A DNA stretch of 64,000 nt from a virus (IMGVR_UViG_3300014208_000002:1-64000); one strand, 5' to 3'. Positions 37,449 through 46,533 are shown, counted from the stretch's first letter. The notes: generated by a model from the letters alone, not told the origin. Numbers and translations: made by a program.

Positions 37449-38948
37449 ATGGACTACTATTTTAATAATTTATTTGGTGACGGGATTGGCTGGAACTTTG
37501 GCGTATCTACTTGGATTAAGAACACAAAAAAAGCATTAGAGTCTTTTGGTCTTAAAAATAAAATAGATGCAAAGTTAGCACTTTCTATTGGACTCCCCCG
37601 AGCGTTTAACCCAATACCTTCCCGATTTAATGTTTTCATGACCCTCTTTGAAACAGAGGATTTATTTGATGATGACTATGAAAAGTTAAATAAAGCCGAT
37701 GTAATTATTGTTCCTTGTCAAGCTAACCAAAAAGTATTAGAAAGAAACTTGAGAAAAGACATTCCCGTTTATGTAGCTATTGGGGGATTTGATCCTAAAA
37801 TCTTCAAATATAAAAAGAGAGAGAAAATTGACAAAGAGTTTATTTTCCTCTATGTCGGTGCGCTCAATCCCCGAAAGGGTTTTGACTTGGCGATTAAGGC
37901 GTTTAATAAATCAAAAGGATTATATCCTAAAGCAAAACTTTATATCAAGACGACTGAGGAAGGTAAAGATGGATTTGAATATAATTCCTTTGGAGATATT
38001 ATTTATGATTATCGAATACTCTCTACCAAAGAATTAGTGGATATTTACTATAAATCCCATTGTCTACTCCTCCCAAGCCACGGTGAAGGAATTGGTCTTA
38101 CTGCATTAGAAGCCGCCGCCACAGGTCTTCCTGTTATTCATACTGCATATGGTGGTACAGCAGAGTTTTTAGGTTTTCAAAATTCTCTTCCATTAAAATA
38201 TAGTCTTGAAGTAACTGAACTAACTTACCCCGGAGAACCAAAAAGAGTAAGAGCAACTAAGTGGGCAGAAGTCCACATTGATGAACTTATTTCTAAAATG
38301 GATTATGTATATGATAGATATGCACAAATAATTAAAGACTCTAAACCTTATTTATTAAATAATATAAAGCAATTCTCTTGGAAAAATTACGGAAAGAATC
38401 TTATTGCTATATTCAATAAATATAAAGAGGATATAGAACGAGCCATCCTCAAAAAAATACTTAATCTTGGTTGTGGAAATAGAAAATATCCAGGAACAGT
38501 CGGAGTGGATATTCGTAAAGATGTTGGCGCAGATATTGTATGGGACTTATCTAAGACTCCTTATAAGTTTGCTAAGGATGAATCATTTGATGAAGTAATT
38601 ATAATAAATACTCTTGAACACTTACTTGATCCCCTTCCCTTCATGAAAGAGGCTTATAGGATTTTGAAAACTGATGGACTACTTCATATACAGGTTCCTT
38701 ACTGGCGTTCAGAAAACTTTTTTATTGATCCAACTCATCATCATGCGTATCATGAACTGTCTATGGATTTTTTTGATCGGACTACTTTTCACGGAGGACT
38801 AAATAATTATATTCCCGTTAATTTCCGTATACTAAATAGACAGGTACTAGAGACTGGAGACATTTATTTTATTCTTCAAAAGAAATGTTATAATGATTTA
38901 GGAACTTGTGCTTGTTTAAATGGGGGTGGCTGTGACTGCAAAAAATAA
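37449..38948 (+). CDS. GT4-family glycosyltransferase fused to a class I SAM methyltransferase domain
   Basis: FLYVGALNPRKGFDL, PSHGEGIGLTALEAAATGLPVI; then ILNLGCG, GVDI, NTLEHL, GLLHIQVPY. Confidence 0.85.
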   Translation: MDYYFNNLFGDGIGWNFGVSTWIKNTKKALESFGLKNKIDAKLALSIGLPRAFNPIPSRFNVFMTLFETEDLFDDDYEKLNKADVIIVPCQANQKVLERNLRKDIPVYVAIGGFDPKIFKYKKREKIDKEFIFLYVGALNPRKGFDLAIKAFNKSKGLYPKAKLYIKTTEEGKDGFEYNSFGDIIYDYRILSTKELVDIYYKSHCLLLPSHGEGIGLTALEAAATGLPVIHTAYGGTAEFLGFQNSLPLKYSLEVTELTYPGEPKRVRATKWAEVHIDELISKMDYVYDRYAQIIKDSKPYLLNNIKQFSWKNYGKNLIAIFNKYKEDIERAILKKILNLGCGNRKYPGTVGVDIRKDVGADIVWDLSKTPYKFAKDESFDEVIIINTLEHLLDPLPFMKEAYRILKTDGLLHIQVPYWRSENFFIDPTHHHAYHELSMDFFDRTTFHGGLNNYIPVNFRILNRQVLETGDIYFILQKKCYNDLGTCACLNGGGCDCKK

Positions 38949-40917
38949 TCGTGCTTTTATCACGGGAATTTCAGGACAGGACGGAAGTTATCTAGCTGAA
39001 CTTCTTTTATCTAAAGGGTATGAAGTAGCTGGGTTTATTCGTCGAAGCTCTAATCCCAACACTGCCTCTCGTATATCTCATCTAATAAATAAGATAAAAT
39101 TATATCAAGGTGATCTACTAGATATGAATTCTTTATCTATTGCAATAAGGGATTTTCAACCAACAGAAATTTATAATCTTGCGGCACAGAGCTTTGTAGG
39201 TATGAGTTGGGAACAGCCTTTTTACACCTCTGAAGTAAATGCACTTGGGGCATTAAATATTCTTTCTGTAATAAAAGATGTAAATAAAAATATTCGATTT
39301 TACCAAGCGAGTACATCTGAATTATTTGGAAAGACAACCTCTTCTATACAAGATGAGTTTACACCTTTTACTCCACGAAGTCCTTATGGTATTGCAAAAC
39401 TATTTGCTCATTGGACAACAGTAAACTATCGAGAGTCTTATGGTATGTATGCTTGTAGTGGAATATTATTTAATCATGAAAGCCCTAGAAGAGGTTTAGA
39501 GTTTATTACTAAGAAAATAACAAACCATATTCAAGAGTTTGGAAATTCAAAACCTTTACTGATTGGTAATATGTCCGCTCGACGAGATTGGGGTTATGCA
39601 AAAGAATATTGTATAAATACAGATGTTCCTATTTTAACTCTTTCTGGATGGAAATATTGTGATGAAGTAAAAGAGGGAGATAGTATAATTAACTTTGACC
39701 CCATAAATAATAATTTATCTACTGATATAATAAATAAAATAATAGTAAAAGAGGATGAAAGAAATAGAATACATTTAAGTGGAAGGTCTTTTGATCTTAC
39801 TTGTACGCCTGAACATAGAATTTATTATCAAAAAAAGAGTAAAAATAGCAAGGGCGGCTGGTCAGATTGGAAAGTTATATCTGCTCAAGATTTCGCTGGT
39901 ATGTTACAAGATAAGGTAACTCGAACAAAATATGATTATAGATTACCTCACTTTCAAGATTATAATGCTAAGGAAAATAATAAATGGTCTGATGAAGAAA
40001 TTTATCTTTTAGGGGCTTTATTAGCAGAAGGGTGTATTTCAGAAAAAAATAGAATAACATCTGTTTCTATTTCTCAATCTTTTATTAAAAATGAACCTAC
40101 TCATAAAAAGATAAAGGATTGCCTAGATAGATTATGTTTAATTTATCATACTAGGAATACTAACTCTGGTGTTACAGAGTGGGTGTTAACCTCAGAGTCT
40201 AGTAAAAAAATATTAGAATTATTTGATTCTAATGATATTCATATAGCCCCTAACTGGATATATAGTTTATCAAGCAGACAAGCAAATATTTTATTTAATT
40301 CTTTAATGGACTGTGATGGACATTGGGGAAGCCTAACTTATATTTCCAAACGATACCAATTGGCAGTAGCGTTTCAAACTATTGCTATATTGGCTGGATA
40401 TGCTTCAACAAAGATACATCAGAGGAAGTGTGGTGTTTATAGTTCTACAGTAATATCAAAAAGAAAAAAATATCAGTATATTACTGACATAGAACTTATA
40501 GAACCAGTAACACCTACAGTTTGGTGTGTAAATACTAACAATGGAACAATTATATCCAGGGATAATGACAAAATTTCTATTTCTGGTAATTGTGAAGCCA
40601 TGTGGTTAATGCTTCAACAGGACAAGCCGAATGATTTTGTTATTGCTACAGGAGAAACGCATACAGTAAAAGAGTTTATTATTCAAGCATATAAATACAT
40701 AGGGGCTGAAATTATATTTGAAGGGCAAGGGTTAGATGAAATTGGGATAGATAATAATTCTCAAAGAACTCTTGTTAAAATTGATCCTCAATTCTATCGG
40801 CCCGCAGAGGTAGATTATCTTAGAGGAGATTCTTCTAAAGCCAAGAAGATACTTAATTGGGAACCAAAAGTAAAATTTGAACAGCTTGTAGAAATTATGA
40901 TGGAGGACGAAGCATAA
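38920..40917 (+). CDS. gmd: GDP-mannose 4,6-dehydratase interrupted by an intein
   Basis: AFITGISGQDGSYLAE, YNLAAQSFV, FYQASTSELFG, PRSPYGIAKL, FNHESPRRG, RDWGYAKEY...EAMWLMLQQDKP. Confidence 0.95.
   Translation: MGVAVTAKNNRAFITGISGQDGSYLAELLLSKGYEVAGFIRRSSNPNTASRISHLINKIKLYQGDLLDMNSLSIAIRDFQPTEIYNLAAQSFVGMSWEQPFYTSEVNALGALNILSVIKDVNKNIRFYQASTSELFGKTTSSIQDEFTPFTPRSPYGIAKLFAHWTTVNYRESYGMYACSGILFNHESPRRGLEFITKKITNHIQEFGNSKPLLIGNMSARRDWGYAKEYCINTDVPILTLSGWKYCDEVKEGDSIINFDPINNNLSTDIINKIIVKEDERNRIHLSGRSFDLTCTPEHRIYYQKKSKNSKGGWSDWKVISAQDFAGMLQDKVTRTKYDYRLPHFQDYNAKENNKWSDEEIYLLGALLAEGCISEKNRITSVSISQSFIKNEPTHKKIKDCLDRLCLIYHTRNTNSGVTEWVLTSESSKKILELFDSNDIHIAPNWIYSLSSRQANILFNSLMDCDGHWGSLTYISKRYQLAVAFQTIAILAGYASTKIHQRKCGVYSSTVISKRKKYQYITDIELIEPVTPTVWCVNTNNGTIISRDNDKISISGNCEAMWLMLQQDKPNDFVIATGETHTVKEFIIQAYKYIGAEIIFEGQGLDEIGIDNNSQRTLVKIDPQFYRPAEVDYLRGDSSKAKKILNWEPKVKFEQLVEIMMEDEA
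39610..40590 (+). mobile_element. 327-aa intein with LAGLIDADG homing endonuclease in gmd
   Basis: Starts CINTDVPIL, block B TCTPEHRIY, LGALLAEG and SLMDCDG motifs, ends VWCVNT...ISGN followed by +1 Cys; removal restores AKEY-CEAMWLM. Confidence 0.9.
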
Positions 40918-40918
40918 T

Positions 40919-41344
40919 ATGATAAAAGTAGCAATATCAGGTGGATTTGATCCCCTTCATGTAGGGCATATTAAATATATTCAAAATGCAATAGCCCTTG
41001 GCGATCATTTAATTGTTATTCTGAATGGTGATTCTTTTCTTATGCGAAAGAAAGGATTTATTTTCATGCCCGCAGAGGAACGAGTAGAGATTATTCGAGC
41101 AATTAGGGGAGTAGATGAGGTATGTTTATTTAATTCAGAAAAAGATGATGTTTGTGATGCTTTAGCAATGTTCAAACCCAATATTTTTGCAAAGGGTGGG
41201 GATCGTACTGGACCAGAGAATATTCCTGAATGGGATTTTTGTCAAAAAAATCATATTGATGTTGTAGTAGGAGTTGGAGGAGGAAAAATTCAGTCCTCTC
41301 AATGGCTTACTAAGAGTATTGAATTAAAGGAGAAAAATAAATGA
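40919..41344 (+). CDS. cytidylyltransferase-like nucleotidyltransferase (HxGH family)
   Basis: SGGFDPLHVGH, LNGD, ERVEII, FAKGGDR. Confidence 0.85.
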   Translation: MIKVAISGGFDPLHVGHIKYIQNAIALGDHLIVILNGDSFLMRKKGFIFMPAEERVEIIRAIRGVDEVCLFNSEKDDVCDALAMFKPNIFAKGGDRTGPENIPEWDFCQKNHIDVVVGVGGGKIQSSQWLTKSIELKEKNK

Positions 41345-41685
41345 TTTATTCTTCCGGGGATTTATTTGATAAATGCACAATTCTTGATATTAAGCTACGC
41401 AAGGGGCTTCATGTAGAGAATGAGTTTCAAGTGGTTTATAACGAAGTAAAAGAATTATTAAAAAAATATCCAAAGACAAAGGCTATTTACAAGAAACTTT
41501 TTGAATCCAATCTTGAACAGTATGATTTGGAGGATTTAATACGAACTGAGAAAGACCTTGCTGTAGTTGGAAATATTGCTCTTAATATTCGTAGTCATAA
41601 TGATGCAAGAGTGCTATTAAAAAATAAGATAAATGAAATTACACAGGAAGCTTTTAAGGAAGTTAAAGATTATAAGAGAAGTTAG
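41341..41685 (+). CDS. conserved phage protein (DUF6165-like)
   Basis: SSGDLFDKCTILDIK...N...DLED.IR...NDARVLLKNKIN. Confidence 0.6.
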   Translation: MIYSSGDLFDKCTILDIKLRKGLHVENEFQVVYNEVKELLKKYPKTKAIYKKLFESNLEQYDLEDLIRTEKDLAVVGNIALNIRSHNDARVLLKNKINEITQEAFKEVKDYKRS

Positions 41686-41688
41686 GTC

Positions 41689-41696
41689 TACTAACA
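41689..41696 (+). promoter_or_regulatory. candidate late promoter variant (C)TACTAACA
   Basis: Intergenic, upstream of ATG 41726. Confidence 0.55.
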
Positions 41697-41725
41697 TAAC
41701 GAATCAAATATAAGGAGATTTTTAT

Positions 41726-42643
41726 ATGGCAAGTAATACAACGGTCGTCCTCAGCGGGGGAATTGGAAAATGTGTAGCGTTCACAGCGGCAATCCCAAAG
41801 ATGGTAAAGAAATATGGTCCTATCACAATTATGTCCCCTTGGCCCGATTTGTTTACAGACCTTGAAGGTGTGTATCGTTCTATTAGTTTCGGCGTGGAAT
41901 ATGGCTACGAGTACTTTCAAGGAAAGAATCGCCTTTCACCCGAACCCTACAACCGCAATGACTTTTTTCAAAAGAAGATTCATTTGATTGACGGCTTCAT
42001 GAAAGAGTGCGGATTAGAAGAAAACTATGATTCATTAACTGATCTTCCTCTTGCCCCGTCCTTTCTTGATATAAATTCAAAGAATAAAATTGATGCTATT
42101 CGCCAAAATGGAAAGTATATCGTAGTACAGTTTATGGGTGGAAATCAGGCTCAAAATGGTAAGATGAATGATAAGTTTATGGCAAAGGATTACCCTCCTC
42201 AGCTTATTGAAAATTTGATTATTGCTATTGGAAAGAAATATGGTAGTAAAATCCAGATTGTCAATTATGGGCTTCCTTTTGAATTTAATATTGCAAATAC
42301 CATTTCTGCGGCAGACTTGCCCTATACTGCGGCGGCTTATTTATTGAAGAACTCTGAAACTTTTATTGCAATAGACTCTAATCTTCAGCATTTCTCTGCT
42401 TGCAAAGGAGTAGAGAAGAAGGGCATAGTCCTTTGGGCGGCAACGGACCCAATAAACTTTGGATATCCTCATAATATAAACCTCTCGGCAGAGTGCCCAT
42501 ATAATGACCTTCATTGCAACAGACCCTATTTTCAGCATACCTCTGATATAGTTGGTAAGGGCATTCCTTGGTCTTGTAAGACAAAAGATTGTCTAAATAT
42601 TTCCCCAGAGAAAGTTCTCTCCGAATTAGAAAAGATTATTTAA
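41726..42643 (+). CDS. GT9-like (heptosyltransferase-like) glycosyltransferase
   Basis: SGGIGKCVAFTAAIP; IAIDSNLQHFSA...GIVLWAATDP..FGYPHN. Confidence 0.7.
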   Translation: MASNTTVVLSGGIGKCVAFTAAIPKMVKKYGPITIMSPWPDLFTDLEGVYRSISFGVEYGYEYFQGKNRLSPEPYNRNDFFQKKIHLIDGFMKECGLEENYDSLTDLPLAPSFLDINSKNKIDAIRQNGKYIVVQFMGGNQAQNGKMNDKFMAKDYPPQLIENLIIAIGKKYGSKIQIVNYGLPFEFNIANTISAADLPYTAAAYLLKNSETFIAIDSNLQHFSACKGVEKKGIVLWAATDPINFGYPHNINLSAECPYNDLHCNRPYFQHTSDIVGKGIPWSCKTKDCLNISPEKVLSELEKII

Positions 42644-42660
42644 TAAGTTCTCTTAAATAT

Positions 42661-42704
42661 AAAGACTCGGAAGCTACTAATACAGTAGAATCCGAGTCTT
42701 TTTT
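42661..42704 (+). terminator. long hairpin plus T6 tract with TACTAATA (42675-42682) at its apex
   Basis: AAAGACTCGGA...TCCGAGTCTTT perfect 11-bp arms, inner CTACT-aatac-AGTAG stem. Confidence 0.7.
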
Positions 42705-42719
42705 ATTAGGGAAGATATA

Positions 42720-45425
42720 ATGGGAACAACTAATTACGGTACACAGACTACTACTTTTAAGTATAAGCAAGCGGCGTTATCCTCTACTTTCAATGCTTTA
42801 AATGATAGCCTTATTCCTACTGGGATATATTCCGGTGGGTTGCTATCCCGTGTATCTGATGGTTCTATACAAGTAGCCCCCCTTACTTGTTATATAAAAG
42901 ATACTACACCCAATTCCAATATTTCTCGAAGAGTACAGACAACATCGGCAGTTAGTATTGTTGGATTTACTTCCACCGATTGCTATTGTGTTTTAAGATA
43001 CTCTTGGGTTGCTTCTGAAACAGATTATATGGATATTTTAGCAGTAGACTATAATACTCTTTTTGCTACTGAAACTACATTAAATCAAGGTTATTTACTT
43101 TTAGGAAAAGCAATTTATGAAGGCGCTACTATGCTTTCTTATTTTGATTATACTTTCCGATCAGATGCCTCATTACAAGAGATAGAAGACGAAAAAAATA
43201 GTTTTTATGTAAAACCCTATAATGATCCTACTATACGCCGTATCTATGTTTATCCAGGAAAAGCCGTAGTAAATGGAAAATATATTGATTTTTCGGGAGA
43301 CACTTATCCCTCTGCCCCTAGTACCTTCGATAACACTACTCTTGGACGAATAGATGTAATTTATGTAGACGCCACGGGAACAATAAAAAAAGTTTCTTCA
43401 ACTGACCAAACATTAACAATAACGTATCCTTTAAATTTTAATACCTTTGAATCAGAAAATCCTGGAGCTATCCCTGATTTCCCAACAGACGGAATGGTTG
43501 TCGCTATTATTATTCGTGGTTTAACCCGAAATACAATTGAGGGAAGAGATATAATTCAAATTGAATATGAACGAAATAGTTTTACTGGCGCAGAAAATGA
43601 TATTACTTTTAAGGGCTGTGCTATTTTTGAACAAAATGTTCAAGTAGCTGGAAATCTTCATGTTCAAGGAAATATGATTATTGATGAAGGAACAATTACA
43701 GAATATGAAGATAATATAATAACACTCAATAAGCCCCCTACAGGATGTGCTTCACTCTATTCTACTTCAGGAATTGATTTTTATCAGGGTGGTCCAGCGT
43801 GTTGTACAACAGGATTTGGGCCTAATGATGCTCAGTTTCTATATGACTGTACTGTAGGATATTTCAAAGCGGGGGTAATGGATTGTTTTACTCCTCATCT
43901 TCAAAGAGTGGTAACCCAACAGCTTATTCCACAAGTATATGGTGTTCCTTTCTGGAGCGGAACAAAAGTTCCTAACTCAGATAGCATATTAGAATATGAC
44001 CAATTTTTTACTTTTAATAACGCTTGCAGTGCGAATAAAATTCTAAATATTGGAAATGTTACTTGTTCTGCCCCTGCTGATGTAAGAATATCCGGTGGAA
44101 TGACTATTGGACAATGCGCTCCAGGCGACTTTGATGTAAATATAAATCAATTTATTGTAAATGAAACTTCTGTCTTTAATAATAATGTAACAATAAAATG
44201 TGGATGCTCTATTCTATACCGAGAGCATGGGGTTCCTGAAGAATCTTTGGACACCCGCTATCTAAGAGCTTCAGCTTCAACTTATAATGTTGTTACACTA
44301 AATGATTTTTATATTGGAAATGGCTCAACTTCACAAAAAAGATTATTTGTCTATTTGAATGATGGTAGTGGTTGTGTTAATGCTACTCCTTTAGCACTTG
44401 AAGATGCATTCCTTTTTAAGAAATGTTGGGGGAGTGCTTTACCTGGATATATTCAACAATCTATTGAAACAAGTCTAATTATTTGCTGTGGTAAAACTCT
44501 TACTTATATGGGTGATGAATTAGATCAAAGGCATGTTAGAACCAACTATACTGCTATTGAGGGAAATACCCCGGCATTGGCTGTTACTATGTGGGGTGAC
44601 TATACCATTAAACAGGCGGGAAGTAATAATGCTTGTTTAAATATTCAGGGTACTCTTCGGTCTGGATTGTATAATACTTCTTGTTATCATTTACTTGCTA
44701 CTGAGGGTGGAACATTTACTTGGAATGGATGTAATATTATTTATGAAAATGGCTGTTCAGGAGCTTGTTGGAACGCCTTTGTTTCTCATGCTCAATATGC
44801 TTTACAAACTTGTGGAAACTCTACTACAGCCTCTAATTTTAATACTAATCGTTGCGCTCAAATAAATGGTGTAGGTGGAAGCTGTGCTTATTCTATCTGT
44901 GCTACAGGAGACTATGTTTGGGATATTTCCGCAGTAAAAATTAACCTTGCTACTTGCTCACAATATCTATATAGTTGCACTACACTAATTCCTCATGCAA
45001 AAATAGTTACAACAGATGGAACGGGAGGAACAACAAACTTAGCTACTACTCCTGTAGGAAATGCAGACATGGTAGATGGATATCACGCTAGTAGTAGTGC
45101 TACAGGTAATACCGTTGCTGTTAGAGATGGGGGAGGAATACTTCATGCTTATGGATTCAATGTTGTTTCCAAGAGAGCTTTGAAGGAAAATATAAAAGTA
45201 TTTAATAAATCTGCCCTTGGGTTAGTAAAAACGGTTGAAGTAGTAGAATACAATTATATTCTTGATCCAGAAAAATCATCTAAAATAGGGTTTATTGCAG
45301 ATGATACCAGAGAAGAATTTTCCACTTCCTGTCATAATACAATGGATGTTACTTCTTCCATTGGAATTTTATTAAAGGCCGTTCAAGAACTTGATAAAAA
45401 GATTTCTTGTTTGGAGAATAAGTAA
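42720..45425 (+). CDS. long tail fibre with C-terminal peptidase S74 intramolecular chaperone; Cys-rich distal two-thirds
   Basis: N-terminus paralogous to 21913 (FKYK...LIPTGIYS; GRIDVIYVD); NADMVDGYHAS; VSKRALKENIK...IGFIADD...AVQEL. Confidence 0.85.
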   Translation: MGTTNYGTQTTTFKYKQAALSSTFNALNDSLIPTGIYSGGLLSRVSDGSIQVAPLTCYIKDTTPNSNISRRVQTTSAVSIVGFTSTDCYCVLRYSWVASETDYMDILAVDYNTLFATETTLNQGYLLLGKAIYEGATMLSYFDYTFRSDASLQEIEDEKNSFYVKPYNDPTIRRIYVYPGKAVVNGKYIDFSGDTYPSAPSTFDNTTLGRIDVIYVDATGTIKKVSSTDQTLTITYPLNFNTFESENPGAIPDFPTDGMVVAIIIRGLTRNTIEGRDIIQIEYERNSFTGAENDITFKGCAIFEQNVQVAGNLHVQGNMIIDEGTITEYEDNIITLNKPPTGCASLYSTSGIDFYQGGPACCTTGFGPNDAQFLYDCTVGYFKAGVMDCFTPHLQRVVTQQLIPQVYGVPFWSGTKVPNSDSILEYDQFFTFNNACSANKILNIGNVTCSAPADVRISGGMTIGQCAPGDFDVNINQFIVNETSVFNNNVTIKCGCSILYREHGVPEESLDTRYLRASASTYNVVTLNDFYIGNGSTSQKRLFVYLNDGSGCVNATPLALEDAFLFKKCWGSALPGYIQQSIETSLIICCGKTLTYMGDELDQRHVRTNYTAIEGNTPALAVTMWGDYTIKQAGSNNACLNIQGTLRSGLYNTSCYHLLATEGGTFTWNGCNIIYENGCSGACWNAFVSHAQYALQTCGNSTTASNFNTNRCAQINGVGGSCAYSICATGDYVWDISAVKINLATCSQYLYSCTTLIPHAKIVTTDGTGGTTNLATTPVGNADMVDGYHASSSATGNTVAVRDGGGILHAYGFNVVSKRALKENIKVFNKSALGLVKTVEVVEYNYILDPEKSSKIGFIADDTREEFSTSCHNTMDVTSSIGILLKAVQELDKKISCLENK

Positions 45426-46523
45426 ATGAGTGGTTTTACTAATAATGGTATAGCAATTGAATCTTGCATCTGTCTCGCTCCTTCTGTTTTTTCATCTTGT
45501 CAGATTAGATTTTGTCAATTAGGTGTTGACTTAGGAAGACAATTTGTTTTAACCAATACTGCTCCTTATATAGGGCATCGTCCTAGTTTTCAAGCTAATT
45601 TAGGTTTTACCTCTTGTGGTGTAGCCGGAGGAGATTTAGGGTGGTGTGTTTCACATTGGCAAAGATCAGTTACTACAGGTGTCTCTTTAAGTAGATATAA
45701 AGAATATTCTACGCCTATGAATATTCAATACTCGTGTGACCTCTATGGATGTAGGTCTGTAGTAACAGTAGTTCTTATTGGCGGCGGCGGGGGTGGTGGA
45801 GGCGGTAAACAGACTTTATCAGATGACGGCGGCGGGGGCGGGGGTGGTGGAGGAACTACAGTTATAGCTCAATCTGTTTTTATTCCTAATTTGAGTATAA
45901 TATGTGTAGGTGCTGGTGGGGCGAGAGGGCTTGTAGGCTATAATGGTAGTAATGGTAGTAGTTCTTATATTCAGAATATAAGCTATGATTTATCAGGAAT
46001 TGGTTGTAGCGGTGGATATTATTATAATTTTTGTGTAGTAGCTCCCGGTGGTAGAGGTGGGGGTGTAGGAGGAGATGCGGGAAGTTGTCCTGGAAATGGG
46101 GGAGGAGCAGGAATTGTATCAGTAACTAATGGAGCTTGCTTTGCTGGAGCAACAGGTTGGACAAGTGGAGGAGCAGGAGGAGCGGGGACTAAAGAGAGTA
46201 GTCCCTCTCATCCTAATTCTTGTGGAATGCAAACGGGGCCTAGTATAACATTAGTAGACTACTACGGCAATAGTATAAGTACTTCTGCTAACTCCGGGAG
46301 AGCATTATTTGAAATAAGCGAAGCTGGAAATGGAGGACCGGGGGGGTCATCTACTTTCTGTAAGGGAGGAAGAGAGGGCTATAACTACGCAGGAGTACCA
46401 GCGGTAAATGGTAGTCCAGGGTGTTTTGGTTCGGGTGGTGGAGGAGGACATGGTGATTGGAATGAAGGAGAGTCTTCTAATGGTGGCAATGGTGGGGATG
46501 GTTATATAATTATTTATTGGTAA
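45426..46523 (+). CDS. glycine-rich fibre tip/adhesin (T2 gp38-like arrangement)
   Basis: VVLIGGGGGGGGG, VGAGGARG, GSGGGGG, GGNGGDGYIIIYW; directly after the S74 fibre. Confidence 0.7.
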   Translation: MSGFTNNGIAIESCICLAPSVFSSCQIRFCQLGVDLGRQFVLTNTAPYIGHRPSFQANLGFTSCGVAGGDLGWCVSHWQRSVTTGVSLSRYKEYSTPMNIQYSCDLYGCRSVVTVVLIGGGGGGGGGKQTLSDDGGGGGGGGGTTVIAQSVFIPNLSIICVGAGGARGLVGYNGSNGSSSYIQNISYDLSGIGCSGGYYYNFCVVAPGGRGGGVGGDAGSCPGNGGGAGIVSVTNGACFAGATGWTSGGAGGAGTKESSPSHPNSCGMQTGPSITLVDYYGNSISTSANSGRALFEISEAGNGGPGGSSTFCKGGREGYNYAGVPAVNGSPGCFGSGGGGGHGDWNEGESSNGGNGGDGYIIIYW

Positions 46524-46533
46524 GGAGTTTTAT

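Noticed and set aside
33913-42643. DNA hypermodification as the role of the glycosyltransferase cluster
   Set aside because: Down-weighted, not excluded. No hydroxymethylase or base-modifying partner is adjacent, and the cluster has late-type motifs within the fibre module. The MazG-like protein, dNMP kinase and nucleotidase elsewhere are generic.
25307-45425. Reassignment of TGT/TGC to explain the Cys excess
   Set aside because: The same codons encode essential Cys in the radical SAM CxxxCxxC, primase zinc finger and intein C1, and enrichment is limited to certain domains.
45779-45853. GGC/GGT-rich runs as a microsatellite or phase-variable tract
   Set aside because: They encode in-frame poly-Gly of a Gly-rich adhesin using mixed codons.
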